64,000 bases of DNA from an uncultured delta proteobacterium (GCA_963803975.1 CAWDOY010000019.1:11723-75722), one strand, 5' to 3'. Shown: positions 30,581 through 42,286, counted from the first letter of the stretch. The notes: generated from the sequence alone by a model not told the origin. Made by a program: numbers and translations.

Positions 30581-33500
30581 TGAAGCCGTTTGAGATTATA
30601 AACACTCCTCTGCAGGGCTACAATATTATCGAGGCGAGTGCCGGCACCGGTAAAACGCATGCTATTGCTGACCTGTTCCTGCGGCTTATCCTTGAAAAAG
30701 AGCTGCCCATTAATGAAATCCTGGTGGTCACGTTTACCGAAGCGGCAACCGAGGAGCTTCGCGACCGTATTCGAAAGCGGCTGAAGGCAGCATTTGACGT
30801 GCTGGCCAATGGCAGCGCGTATCGCGCAGGTGATGCTCTGCTGGAGAGATTCGCTGCACGATATCGAGGCAACGCATGGGTGATAAAGCGGCTGCATAAC
30901 GCTCTTATTGAGTTTGACGTGGCAGCAATTTGCACGATACACAGTTTTTGCCAGCGGATGCTGCGCGACCATGCCTTTGAAAGCAATGCGCTGTTTGATA
31001 CAGAACTTATTGCCGACCAGACAGAATTTCTCCAGGAAATCGTGGATGACTTCTGGCGCAGAAATTTTTATACGGCTGCGCAGCCGTTTATCCAGTACAC
31101 CATCTATAAGAAGTACCATCCCGACAAGTTCATGAAGCTTATCAGACGGCGGTCAATTGACCCTGAGCTTGCTGTTATTCCTGCAGTTGCCAGGCCGGAT
31201 ATTGAAGGGGAGCAGGATGCGCTGCAGGCAGCGTTTGACCAGCTGAGGTTAAGCTGGCAATCAGCCCGGCCAGAGGTAGAGAACATTCTGCGGGAGAGCA
31301 CAGCTCTGAACAGAACCAGATACAAAATGGATTCCATGGAGGCGCTTGTCTATGAAATGGATGAGTATCTGGATGCGGGGATAATTTTCCCTTTATGTAA
31401 AAAATTTGAAAAATACACTGCCTCATATATTGCTGCAGCAGTCAGAAAAGGCGGGTCACCGCCGCAGCATCCTTTTTTTGATTGTTGTGAAACATTTAAA
31501 AATCACTACACCGAAGCTGCAGCAGCCTTTGATCAGTATCTGCTCTTCTTGAAAAGAACGCTGTTTGACTATGTGCATAACGAGCTTAAAAAGAAGAAGC
31601 GTGAGCACAACATCCGCTCGTTTGATGATCTGCTGGCAGACATGCACCGCGCGCTCAAACAGGGGGAGGGTTCTTTAGCCAGGGCCATCAGGAATAAATA
31701 CCGGGCCGCGCTTATTGATGAATTCCAGGATACCGACCCCGTGCAATACGATATTTTTAACTCCATCTTCGGCTCCGGGGATCATATTCTGTTTATGATC
31801 GGTGACCCCAAACAGGCAATCTACAGCTTCCGCGGCGCAGATGTTTTTGCCTACATGAAAGCTGCGTCAAAGGTACAAGACGACTATACACTCACCACGA
31901 ACTGGCGATCAGGCGCCGGCCTTATCAAAGCAATAAACACCCTGTTTTCGCGGCCTCAGAGGCTGCGTTTGTTTTTAAGTGGATAGAGTTCAATGAAATT
32001 AAACCTGCTGACAGCAACAAACAGGAACTATTCATGTTGTCCGGAGCAGCCGAGCCTCCTCTGCATATCTGGTTTATTGACCGGCAGTATGCTGACAAAG
32101 AAGACGGCACTATCAATAAAGGTTCTGCGGAACAGCTCATTGCACGAACCGTGGCTGCAGAAATATTGAGACTGGCGGTGCTCGGGCAACAGGGAACAGC
32201 ACGGATTGATAACCGTGCGCTCTGCCCGGGTGACATTGCCGTGCTGGTGCGTAAAAACCGACAGGCCCGGATGGTGCAGGAAGAGCTTCAGCTTCTTTCT
32301 ATCCCCAGTGTTCTCTACGGCGCGGAGAGCATTTTTGTTTCACCGTGAGGCAGAAGAGGTTGAGCGTGTTATTGCAGCAATAGCAGAGCCTGGTAGTGAG
32401 ACAAAAATCAAGGCTGCGCTGGCTACTGATATGTTCGGACTTTCAGGAAACGATCTCCATGCACTTATTGGGAACGACACGGAATGGGAAATGCGTCTTG
32501 TCCAGTTTCATCAGTACCACGATCAATGGGCGCAGCACGGTTTTATCAGGATGTTCCGTCAGCTCATTAAAGAAGAAGGTGTGCGCAGGCGACTGCTATC
32601 ATACCGGGATGGAGAGCGGCGCATGACCAATCTGCTGCACTGCGCAGAAGTTTTACACCGTGCAGAGAACTGAAAAAAATCTTGGTATGGAAGGCCTTAT
32701 TACATGGTTTGCTGAAAAGCGCCATGATGACAATACCTCTGAAGAAGATCAGATCCGTCTTGAGACTGATGAGAACGCAGTAAAACTTATTACCATCCAC
32801 CGGAGCAAGGGGCTTGAATATCCCGTTGTGTTTTGTCCCTTTGCCTGGGACAGCTCAAAGATTAAAGACGATCAATTTTCATTTCATGACCCGGCACATG
32901 ATGACCGTCTGACTCTTGACCTTGGTTCCGGTGTCGAAGAGAACAGAATACATGGCCGCTACAGAGCAACTGGCAGAAAACGTGAGACTCCTGTATGTGG
33001 CATTGACCCGCGCAAAATACCGCTGCTATCTTGTCTGGGGAAAGATTAACGGGGCTGAGACCGCAGCTCCGGCATACCTTTTTCATCAGCCCGAGACTTT
33101 TTCCTCACGCAACATACTTGATGAACTGGGACAACGAGTAAAAGGTTTAAGCTACGAGGAGATGCTGAGCGAAGCAGGAGCTTTGCAAAAGGCCACAGAC
33201 AGTATCAGGGTGAGCCAGCTGCCCGTTCTCCCCGGGAAACCATACGCGTCCCCGGATGTATCACCTGATGTGCTCGAGTGTCGGCGCTTTACTGCCGGAA
33301 CCATCGAGCAGGACTGGAAGCTTGCCAGCTACTCATCACTGATATCTGCAAAGAGTTATCGTGCAGATCAGCCTGATTATGACCGGGTATATGACCTAAC
33401 CGTCATGCAGCAGCCAGCTCCCGCTGGTACGGATATTTTCAGCTTTCCCCGGGGAGCACAAGCCGGGAGCTGTATACATGAAATATTTGAACAGGTTGAT

Positions 33501-34202
33501 TTCAGCCTTGCAGACGCTGCGCAGGCCCGGCAGATCATAGGAGATACGCTTGGGCGTTATGGTTTTGAAATGCGCTGGCAGGACACCCTGTGGCAGATGG
33601 TGCAACAGGTGCTCTTCATGCCGCTTGAGCATGCCCAGCCTGATTTCATGCTCAAAAACATCAGCAGGCAGGAGCGCCTCCACGAGCTTGAATTTTATTT
33701 CCCTCTTGAGCGCATCACAGCTGCGGGCCTGGCGGATATTTTTATTGGCGCGGGCATGCCGCACCTATCACCTGATTTTGACCAGCGCATGAAAGAACTC
33801 GGATTCAGTCCGGTTCAGGGTTTTATAAGAGGTTTTATTGATATGGTTTTCCAATACGGTGATAAATTTTATCTTATTGACTGGAAATCAAATTACCTGG
33901 GAGACAGCCCTGCGGATTATTCACGCGCTACATTGCAAAAAGCCATGATAGAGCATTACTATATACTTCAATACCACCTCTATACTGTTGCTCTGCATCG
34001 CTACCTTGCAATGAGGAGTGCGGATTATGACTATGACAAGCATTTTGGCGGGGTCTATTATTATTTTATACGCGGGATTAACCCGGAATATGGCCCGGAG
34101 TATGGAATCTATCGGGATAAGCCGTCAAAAAACATGGTAACTGCATTGAGTGATTATCTTGGCCGGCAGACGGGAGATTTAGCAGTATGGACGACAGCAT
34201 GA
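30577..34202 (+). CDS. recB: Exodeoxyribonuclease V beta subunit (several apparent frameshifts)
   Basis: IEASAGTGKT, VVTFTEAATEELRDRI, LIDEFQDTD, GDPKQAIYSFRGAD, TIHRSKGLEYP, RLLYVALTRA; nuclease domain GFIDMV...IDWKSN...QYHLY. Confidence 0.95.
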
Positions 34203-36048
34203 ATGCAGTGATCAACGATGAGCAGTTCTCTGCAATTGATCGGCATTTTGCACGATTTATGATGAAACTTTCCGACAGCAGCGATGACGGGCTTATGCTT
34301 GCGGCTCTTCTGGTCAGCTGCCGTACGAGCCGTGGAGATATATGCCTTGATATCCCGGCAGCAGCAGGTAAAACCATTGCCAAAGCGTTTGGCGAAACAG
34401 AAAATCAATTTCAGCTTCCTGCAGAGCATACCTGGATTGCACAACTTCGCACGAGTCAGGTAGTTGGCACTCCGGGAGAGTTCAAGCCGCTCATTCTTGA
34501 TGAAAAGGGGCGGCTCTACCTCTACCGCTACTGGGAATACGAGCAGAGCCTGGCAGAAAGCATTAAAACGCGGCTTGCTCTGAATATCGCACAACCTCCC
34601 GCGAAACTTCTGCGGCAGCAGCTTGACCGGCTGTTTCCACGCAGTGCAGATGCCGGGACTGACTGGCAGCGGGTTGCTGCATGTGTTGCGGTGCAGAAAA
34701 AAATATGCGTTCTATCAGGAGGACCGGGCACCGGAAAGACCTATGCAGCAGCCCGAATTTTAGCGCTTCTTCTTGAGCAGGAACAGGGTGCAGGAAGAGC
34801 ACCTGCAGTGGCGCTGGCAGCACCAACCGGTAAAGCGGCTGCCCGGCTCAAGGAAATCATGCAACAAGCAAAAAAAACACTGGACTGCAGCGACGCGGTA
34901 AAGGCGGCACTGCCTGAGGAAGCGTTCACCATGCACCGGCTGCTCGGCCCTGTGCCGGGCACCCCGTATTTCAGATATACTGCAGAGAATCAGCTTCCCT
35001 ATGACATTGTTGTCGTGGATGAATCATCAATGGCAGATCTTGCGCTCATGGCAAAGCTGTTCCAGGCAGTCCCCGGGCATGCTCATCTGATTCTGCTTGG
35101 TGACCGCGACCAGCTTGCATCGGTCGCGGCAGGAGCAGTGCTCGGTGATATATGCGACACGGGAAATGAGCATGGCTACTCGCGCGGTTTTGCCCGCGTC
35201 ATTCTGGAATGCGGGGGAGAAGGAGTGCCGTCTTCAACATCTGAGCATCCTATGGCAGATTCCCTGATCGTGCTGCACAAAAACTACCGGTTTGGAGCAG
35301 ACAGCGGCATCGGTTCATTAAGCCAGGCAATCGAGGATGCAGAGCGTGCCTACGAACCGGCAATGCAGAGCGTGCACTTCATCTTCTCAAAAACGGCGGC
35401 AATGAAGATATCGTCTTTAAGGATTCAATTTCTGCAGGGGCGCTTGAGACCGCATTGGAAGAACCGGCAGTGCGGGGATATACCCCGTATTTAAATGCCC
35501 AAAACCCTGATGAGGCCTTAAAACTCATAACAGGATTCAAGGTTCTCTGTGCGTTGCGGCAGGGGCCCTATGGCGTTGAATCCATAAACCGTATAGTCGA
35601 GACCATACTGAAAAAAAAAGGATTTATAAATCCGTCAGGCAGATGGTATCAGTTCCGGCCGGTCATGGTCACACGCAATGATTACACCATGAACCTTTTT
35701 AATGGTGATGTGGGTATCGCATGGCAGGAGGCGGAAAGCAATTACGGACACCGGGTCTTTTTCCCTGCACGCGATGGGGGGCTGCGCAGTGTCCTGCCGG
35801 TAAAGCTTCCCGAGCATGAAACGGTTTATGCAATGACAGTGCATAAAAGTCAGGGGTCAGAGTTCGACCGGGTGCTTATCATTCTTCCTGATCGGGAAAG
35901 CCCGGTGCTCACCAGGGAACTGCTCTATACCGCGATCTCGCGGGCGCGCAAGAAGGCCGAAATCTGGGGGCCAGAAAAGATCCTGCGCTTTATGATTAAT
36001 AATCCTACCAGCAGGACATCGGGGTTGCGCGATGCCCTGTGGAGTTAA
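34187..36048 (+). CDS. recD: Exodeoxyribonuclease V alpha subunit (apparent frameshift at ~35350-35400)
   Basis: SGGPGTGKT, APTGKAAARL, HRLLG, VVDESSM, LGDRDQLASV, NGDVG, AMTVHKSQGSEF, RELLYTAISRA. Confidence 0.95.
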
Positions 36049-36058
36049 AAGGATTTTA

Positions 36059-36203
36059 GCCACAGAACTGCACAGATTTTCACAGAAAGAGATTTTTACC
36101 TTCAGTGTTATTCGGTCGTTCGGCCACGAGCTCCCTTCGGGTCTGAGCCTCAGGGTCGAAGACAAGGCCGAGTTGCTCACGGCCGAGGGGTGTTTTCTGT
36201 GGC
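36059..36203. repeat. Nested REP/MITE-like palindromic element downstream of recD
   Basis: Outer inverted repeat GCCACAGAA / TTCTGTGGC encloses TCGGCC...GGCCGA arms and an inner CTTCG...CGAAG hairpin. Confidence 0.55.
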
Positions 36204-36342
36204 CATAAATAAAAAGTATTTGGTTCCGGCTTGTCCGGATTAGGCAATTAGTTAATTGAAAAGCTGTGATTAAGTTGTTATGATATACAACGATGGTAAT
36301 GCATTGATTAGGAAAACAGGAATTTATTAAAGGAGCGGACGC

Positions 36343-36636
36343 ATGATATCTTCGGAAAAATACGTTGTCAGAAATAAGGATATGATCTGGCGGATGGTTG
36401 GGAATGAAGCATTTATAATAGATAAGGATGGAACAAAAATCCATCAGCTCAACAGAGTGGGAAGTGAAATATGGAAAATATCCGAAGGCAATCTGACCGT
36501 CAGCCAGATTGTTGAGAATATTTGTGCTTATTTTGAAATAACCGCAGAAGAAGCTGAAAAAGATTCTGCCCAGTTTATAGAGCAGATGCTGGCACAGGGG
36601 CTTGTTGCATTAACCGATACCCCTGTTACAGACTAA
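36343..36636 (+). CDS. Stand-alone PqqD-family protein (RiPP recognition element)
   Basis: WR.VG.E..I...LNRVGSEIW....G..TV..IV..I...FE......D...F...M...GLV; RBS AAGGAG. Confidence 0.88.
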   Translation: MISSEKYVVRNKDMIWRMVGNEAFIIDKDGTKIHQLNRVGSEIWKISEGNLTVSQIVENICAYFEITAEEAEKDSAQFIEQMLAQGLVALTDTPVTD

Positions 36637-36640
36637 ATGC

Positions 36641-36764
36641 TATGAGCAAACATCAGTAATTAAAAATGTTCTCCATCTCAGCAAAATAAAGCACAGGCGG
36701 CAAAACTCTTAAAGATTGGCAGACATCCCTGTACCGCAAGATGAAGCAGTTAGGGCTTGAGTAG
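36641..36764 (+). pseudogene. Remnant of a Fis-type HTH (C-terminus of an NtrC-family activator)
   Basis: Manual translation across small frameshifts gives EQTSVIKNVLHLS/QNKAQAAKLLKIGR/SLYRKMKQLGLE*. Confidence 0.65.
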
Positions 36765-36834
36765 CATTCTGTACCTGCGGTATTATACAATGTACAATGC
36801 TTGATCAAGCATACTCGCGAGAGGATATTGAATT

Positions 36835-38085
36835 ATGGATCGAATCACCATCAGGGGAGGCAATCCGCTGCAGGGAGAGGTATTGGTAAGCGGAGCTAAA
36901 AATGCAGCACTGCCGCTCCTGGCTGCTACGCTTCTTGCAAGCGGCAAACATGTGGTGAGCAATGTTCCCCGTCTTCGCGATATTACTACCATGACGAGGC
37001 TCCTGGAACATCTGGGCTGTGAGATTACTGTCGGAGAAGATATCCGCATTAATACGAATAACATGCAATCGAAAGAAGCTCCCTATGAGCTGGTTAAAAC
37101 CATGCGGGCATCCTTTCTGGTAATTGGTCCGCTGCTGGCCCGATTCCATAAGGCCCGGGTTTCCCTCCCCGGCGGCTGTGCCATAGGCGTGCGACCGGTC
37201 GATATTCATTTAAAAGCACTTGAAAGCATGGGGGTTACTATTAAACTTGACCGGGGTTACGTGAAGGCATCCTGTAAAAAATTGAAAGGGACCAAGCTCT
37301 CTTTTGACATCCCCACGGTCGGGGGTACTGAAAATATTATGATGGCAGCAGCCCTTGCAGAGGGTACGACAACCATTGGCAATGCAGCGCGCGAGCCTGA
37401 AGTGGTAGAGCTTGCGCAGGCGCTTAAAAAGATGGGTGCGCATATATCAGGGGAAGGAACCGATTCCATTGTCATTGAAGGGGTGAAGGAGCTGAAACCG
37501 TTGCGTCACGCGCTTATGCCTGATCGTATTGAGGCGGGGACCTTTATGGTTGCAGCAGGCATTACCGGCGGGGATATTACGATAAAAAACTGTCCGCTGC
37601 AGTTGATGGGCTCGGTGAGTGAAAAACTGCGGGAGGCAGGTCTTACCATTGAAGAACGTAAACGCGAGGCACGGATCTCGTGCAATGGATCTTTGCGTCC
37701 CGTGGAAGTAAAGACGCTTCCCTACCCGGGATTTCCGACCGATATGCAGGCCCAGATAATGGCCTTGTGCGCTCTGACCCCCGGCACCTCTGTTATCCGG
37801 GAAACCATCTTTGAAAACCGGTTTACCCACGTGGCAGAACTTGAGCGGATGGGGGCAGATATCAGGGTCGAGCAGGACAGCGCGATAATTACCGGCGTAG
37901 ACAGGCTCAGGGGGGCCCCGGTTATGGCAACGGACCTGCGGGCAAGTGCATCGCTCATTTTGGCCGGGCTAGCGGCAGAGGGCACCACGACCGTGTCCCG
38001 CGTCTATCATTTGGACCGCGGCTATGAAAACCTCGAGCTGAAGCTGAAAAAGCTGGGGGCTGATATCTGCCGGGAACAAGAATAA
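36835..38085 (+). CDS. murA: UDP-N-acetylglucosamine 1-carboxyvinyltransferase
   Basis: SGAKNAALP, MRAS, LPGGCAIGVRPVDIH, PDRIEAGT, YPGFPTDMQ, DLRA, HLDRGYE. Confidence 0.98.
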   Translation: MDRITIRGGNPLQGEVLVSGAKNAALPLLAATLLASGKHVVSNVPRLRDITTMTRLLEHLGCEITVGEDIRINTNNMQSKEAPYELVKTMRASFLVIGPLLARFHKARVSLPGGCAIGVRPVDIHLKALESMGVTIKLDRGYVKASCKKLKGTKLSFDIPTVGGTENIMMAAALAEGTTTIGNAAREPEVVELAQALKKMGAHISGEGTDSIVIEGVKELKPLRHALMPDRIEAGTFMVAAGITGGDITIKNCPLQLMGSVSEKLREAGLTIEERKREARISCNGSLRPVEVKTLPYPGFPTDMQAQIMALCALTPGTSVIRETIFENRFTHVAELERMGADIRVEQDSAIITGVDRLRGAPVMATDLRASASLILAGLAAEGTTTVSRVYHLDRGYENLELKLKKLGADICREQE

Positions 38086-38104
38086 CTTGGTGGAGAGCAT
38101 AACC

Positions 38105-39394
38105 ATGCGCATCTTAAAAACAGGTGACAGAAATTTCCCCCGGCTATTTAAGGGAATTGTGACACGGGGAGCCACTGCGGCAGAAGAGGTTGAGGCAACG
38201 GTGCGGTCAATTCTGCAGGACGTGAAGACCGGAGGTGATGCGGCACTGATCAGACTTTCTGAAAAATATGATAACAATAAAATCACTGTTAAGAATCTGC
38301 GCATAGCTGAACGGGATATTAAAAAAAGCCCGCAGAAAATCCCGGCTGCTGACCTCTCATCCCTGACCAGGGCCTGCGGACGGATAGAAGCATTTCATTG
38401 CCGCCAGCTCCAGCAATCATGGATAAGTGCAGATACCCCCGGGGAGATAGTCGGCCAGCTGGTGCGGCCTCTGGAGCGGGTGGGTATCTATGTTCCGGGA
38501 GGTAAGGCGGTGTATCCTTCCTCGGTACTGATGAATGCCATCCCAGCCAGGGTGGCAGGAGTGGCAGAAATTATCATGGTAACACCGGGGTCCGGAAAAG
38601 GCATTAACCCGGTTCTGCTGGCAGCTGCAGACCTGTGCGGCATACGCAGCGTGTTCCAGATAGGTGGAGCACAGGCAATCGCGGCCCTTGCCTACGGTAC
38701 CGCGTCAGTGCCGAAAGTGGATAAAATTGTCGGGCCGGGGAATATTTACGTAGCGACTGCAAAAAAACTTGTCTATGGAGACGTTGACATTGATATGATC
38801 GCCGGCCCCAGCGAAATACTTATCATATCCGATGGCAGCGGCTCCCCGGCATGTGCTGCCGCAGACATGCTTTCCCAGGCAGAGCATGATGAAATGGCAT
38901 GCTCCATCCTGGTAACTACTGACGAGGTATTTGCCCGCCGGGTGGCAAACGAACTTGCCGCGCAGATAAAGAAGCTGAAACGAACGGCAATTGCCGCGCG
39001 CTCGCTGGAAAACCATGGAGCAATTATTATAACCAGAACATTAGCGGAAGCAGTGCAGCTTGCAAATGACGCAGCACCTGAACACCTGGAGCTGGCCGTA
39101 GCTAATCCGTGGGATCTTTTGCCGCAGATAAAAAATGCCGGCGCTGTATTTCTTGGTCATTACAGTCCGGAGGCGCTTGGTGATTACCTGGCAGGGCCAA
39201 ATCACGTGCTGCCCACGGGCGGAACAGCCCGCTTTTTTTCACCGCTCTCTGTGGATGATTTTTTGAAAAAGACCAGCCTTATCTCTTTTACCCGGGAAGC
39301 GCTGCAGGCAGTAGGGCAGGATGTTATACGGATTGCCGATGCCGAGCATCTTGACGCTCATGCCAGCTCGGTAAAAGTGCGGCTGAAAAAATAG
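38105..39394 (+). CDS. hisD: Histidinol dehydrogenase
   Basis: GIYVPGG, GGAQAIAALAYGT, KIVGPGN, IDMIAGPSE, SQAEHD, APEHLEL, GDYLAGPNHVLPT. Confidence 0.97.
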   Translation: MRILKTGDRNFPRLFKGIVTRGATAAEEVEATVRSILQDVKTGGDAALIRLSEKYDNNKITVKNLRIAERDIKKSPQKIPAADLSSLTRACGRIEAFHCRQLQQSWISADTPGEIVGQLVRPLERVGIYVPGGKAVYPSSVLMNAIPARVAGVAEIIMVTPGSGKGINPVLLAAADLCGIRSVFQIGGAQAIAALAYGTASVPKVDKIVGPGNIYVATAKKLVYGDVDIDMIAGPSEILIISDGSGSPACAAADMLSQAEHDEMACSILVTTDEVFARRVANELAAQIKKLKRTAIAARSLENHGAIIITRTLAEAVQLANDAAPEHLELAVANPWDLLPQIKNAGAVFLGHYSPEALGDYLAGPNHVLPTGGTARFFSPLSVDDFLKKTSLISFTREALQAVGQDVIRIADAEHLDAHASSVKVRLKK

Positions 39395-39476
39395 CCGGCA
39401 GCTATGGGCCGTCAGCCTTCAGCAGCGAGCTTACCAGGGGATTCGCACATACCATAAATAATTCAAAGTATAGAGC

Positions 39477-40928
39477 TTGGATTTTCAAACCTTAAAAACA
39501 TTTCCAGTACTGCAGCGGGCCTATCAAATATCTCAGGAACTCGGCACTTCCATCTACCTGGTGGGAGGCGCTGTGAGAGATATATTGATGGGCTTTTTTG
39601 ATGGAAAAGATTTTGATTTTGTCCTTGGTGATCAATGGCAGGAGGCTGCCCGCCTGTTTGCGCAGAAAGCACGGGGAACAGTCATTCCCTGGGATTTTAA
39701 TCAGACACGGATAGTTGTCAGAGAAACCGGCAAAACGGTTACCGTTGATTTTGCGGGCTTCCGGGGGGAGGATATTACCAGCGACCTGCGAGCGCGTGAT
39801 TTTACCATTAATTCAATAGCACTCTGCGTGGAAAGCCTCTTCACGGAAGAGAACCCTGAGCTTTATGACCCGTTAGGAGGGCTCATCCATTTACAGCAAA
39901 AAGTAGTGCAGGCAGATGGAGATGCTACCTTTGACCAGGATCCCCTGCGGATACTCAGGGCAATCAGATTTTCCCGGGCATTTAACTTCTGCATAGAGGA
40001 TGCGACTAAATGTTCGATGCAGAAAAAAGCGCGGCTTCTGAAAGAGGTTGCGCAGGAGCGGGTGAAACGAGAGCTGTTTGCCATTTTTCATCTCCCCAAT
40101 GCTGACCGGGCCATTCGAGAGCTGATTGAACTTGAAATCATGCAGTCCCTCATTCCGGAATTAGGACAGTTCCCGGCAATTCAGCAGGGCCCGCCGCATC
40201 AGTATGATCTCCTGCAGCACTCATTGAAGACGGTGGAGTGTCTTGTATCCATGATAGAGCATCCGGAGAGAACAGGTAAGAAGTATGCAGCTGCCATATT
40301 GGAGCATCTCCATGAGTATATCGAAGACGGCGTTATATCGCGGCGGGCGCTGCTCATATGTGCCGGGCTTCTCCACGACAGCGGGAAAGTATCCACACAG
40401 ACCATTGAGGGTGAAAGGATCAGGTTTTTACGCCATGAGCAGGAAGGCCTGAACATCAACCAGCACATTGCCCGGCGTCTGCTGTTAGGCAAACGGGCGC
40501 AGAGAATCATTGCAATCATAACAGGAAATCATATGCGCATTCATCAGCTGGCAGCGCTGCAAGATATCAGTGAGCGGGCAGTACGGCGCTTCCTGCACGA
40601 TACGCAAGAAGCACCGCTTGAGGTGCTCCTGCTGGCGCTGGCAGATGTGCAAGCGACAAGCAGCGGGGAACTGTACCAGGATGAAAAAGACCGGGTCGAG
40701 CAGCTGGTGGGAAAAATAATGGAGACATTATTCTCATCTTCCGCAGGCAGACCATATATGCCGCTGATAACCGGGCATGATATAATGGAAATTATGAATT
40801 TTGCCCCCGGGGAGGCGGTGGGGACGATATTGCGCGAGATACACGACGGCGAAAGAACCGGGATGTTTAATAGTCGCGAAGAGGTACTCGAGTGGCTGAA
40901 GAAAAAGAAACAATCAGCATTAAGCTGA
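39477..40928 (+). CDS. CCA-adding/poly(A) polymerase family nucleotidyltransferase with HD domain
   Basis: YLVGGAVRD...DFDF, DLRARDFTINS, DPLRILRAIRF, ERVKREL, H.YD...HS, LLHDSGK. Confidence 0.9.
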   Translation: MDFQTLKTFPVLQRAYQISQELGTSIYLVGGAVRDILMGFFDGKDFDFVLGDQWQEAARLFAQKARGTVIPWDFNQTRIVVRETGKTVTVDFAGFRGEDITSDLRARDFTINSIALCVESLFTEENPELYDPLGGLIHLQQKVVQADGDATFDQDPLRILRAIRFSRAFNFCIEDATKCSMQKKARLLKEVAQERVKRELFAIFHLPNADRAIRELIELEIMQSLIPELGQFPAIQQGPPHQYDLLQHSLKTVECLVSMIEHPERTGKKYAAAILEHLHEYIEDGVISRRALLICAGLLHDSGKVSTQTIEGERIRFLRHEQEGLNINQHIARRLLLGKRAQRIIAIITGNHMRIHQLAALQDISERAVRRFLHDTQEAPLEVLLLALADVQATSSGELYQDEKDRVEQLVGKIMETLFSSSAGRPYMPLITGHDIMEIMNFAPGEAVGTILREIHDGERTGMFNSREEVLEWLKKKKQSALS

Positions 40929-42286
40929 CAAATATCAGGCATCCATTCGATGCAGCTCCTGACCTCATGGTGCTGGTTAAAAATGTTCTGGGAGCGGAAG
41001 ATGTTGACATTGTACACATCCGGATTCTCCGGCGCTCTATAGACTCCCGCCAGGAGCGGATTGATCTGGTTTACACGCTTCTCATAGAGCTTGCAGCACC
41101 CGGGAATGCCCTCAAAAAAATCCTCGCTCGAAGCGACGTCGAAACCTGCACAGAACCACAGGAAACAGCCCCTGTTGCAATAACCGGGCTTACATCCAGG
41201 CCGGTCATTATCGGCTGCGGCCCGGCAGGACTCTTTGCCGCACTGACCCTGATAGAACGGGGTGTGCAGCCGATACTTATCGAGCGGGGCGCGCGCATGG
41301 CACAGCGGGTCAGAGACGTTGATGCATTCTGGAAGAGCGGAACTCTTGATGCAGAATCAAATGTATTTTTTGGCGAGGGAGGGGCGGGCACCTTCTCCGA
41401 CGGGAAGCTCACCACGCGGATAAAGAGCCCGTTAAAAGACAAGGTGCTCAGGGAACTGGTCAGGTTTGGCGCCCCCGAAGAAATTCTCTATAGCAATAAG
41501 CCCCATCTTGGCACTGACCGGATCCGCCGGGTTATCAGCCTGGTTGTTGAACACCTTCAGCAGTGCGGCGCAGAATTTTATTTTAATACCAGAGTGCTTG
41601 ACCTACCGGTACAAGACGGACGCATCAGCGGTGTGCAGGCGGGGGAGCAGTTTATAGCCGCGGAAACAGTTTTTCTGGCCACCGGTCACAGTGCCCGGGA
41701 CATATATTATTTGCTTGAACAGCGCGAAGCTCAGCTTGAGGCCAAGGGTTTTGCCATGGGCTTGCGGATTGAGCACCCGCAGGAATTTATTAACCAACAG
41801 CAGTGGGGGAAATGGTCAGGCACTGCCGGGCTGGGAGCTGCAGACTATTTTTTAAGTTTTAAAGACAGCAGGACCGGAAGAGGGGTGTATACCTTCTGCA
41901 TGTGCCCGGGAGGCTTTGTCATTGCCTGCTCATCCCAGCAGGGAGAGCTGGTGACCAATGGCATGAGCGCTTACCAGAGGGACTCTTCCTGGGCAAATGC
42001 TGCCGTGGTGGTGACGGTCGGACCGGATGATTTCAGCTCGCAGCAGCCTCTTGCAGGTATCGCGCTGCAGCGGCAGCTGGAGGAGAAAGCATTTATATCC
42101 GGCAATGGAAATTTCGTGATACCAGCTCAAGCAGCGCGCGATTTTGTCGAGGGCGCTAAAGGAGCGCAGGTTATTCCTGCCAGCTCATGTCTGCCCGGTG
42201 CTGCACCTGCTGATCTTGGAAAACTGCTGCCGGATTTTCTGCATGCGCCGCTGAAGCGGGCGCTCATTCATTTTATCAGGCCATGA
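40892..42286 (+). CDS. FAD-dependent dehydrogenase (COG2509-like), 3'-truncated at the junction
   Basis: IIGCGPAGLFAA, FGEGGAGTFSDGKL, PHLGTD, LATGHSARD, G.RIEHPQ, YTFCMCPGG, TNGMS. The C-terminal ETRTS/GEGAGYAGGI part I expect in this family is missing. Confidence 0.88.
   Translation: MAEEKETISIKLTNIRHPFDAAPDLMVLVKNVLGAEDVDIVHIRILRRSIDSRQERIDLVYTLLIELAAPGNALKKILARSDVETCTEPQETAPVAITGLTSRPVIIGCGPAGLFAALTLIERGVQPILIERGARMAQRVRDVDAFWKSGTLDAESNVFFGEGGAGTFSDGKLTTRIKSPLKDKVLRELVRFGAPEEILYSNKPHLGTDRIRRVISLVVEHLQQCGAEFYFNTRVLDLPVQDGRISGVQAGEQFIAAETVFLATGHSARDIYYLLEQREAQLEAKGFAMGLRIEHPQEFINQQQWGKWSGTAGLGAADYFLSFKDSRTGRGVYTFCMCPGGFVIACSSQQGELVTNGMSAYQRDSSWANAAVVVTVGPDDFSSQQPLAGIALQRQLEEKAFISGNGNFVIPAQAARDFVEGAKGAQVIPASSCLPGAAPADLGKLLPDFLHAPLKRALIHFIRP

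Noticed and set aside
30142..31986. Apparent RecC-RecB fusion ORF
   Set aside because: Removing one A from gaaacagg (~30566) ends recC at TGA 30578-30580, overlapping the recB ATG in the usual way. It is most likely another indel error.
1512..36048. About 20 frameshifts suggesting mass pseudogenisation or programmed frameshifting
   Set aside because: Those I traced are single-base indels, mostly an extra base beside a short run. They hit cytochromes and recBCD alike while motifs stay intact, and the duplicate copy in the 1512 gene shows the correct frame. This fits long-read error.
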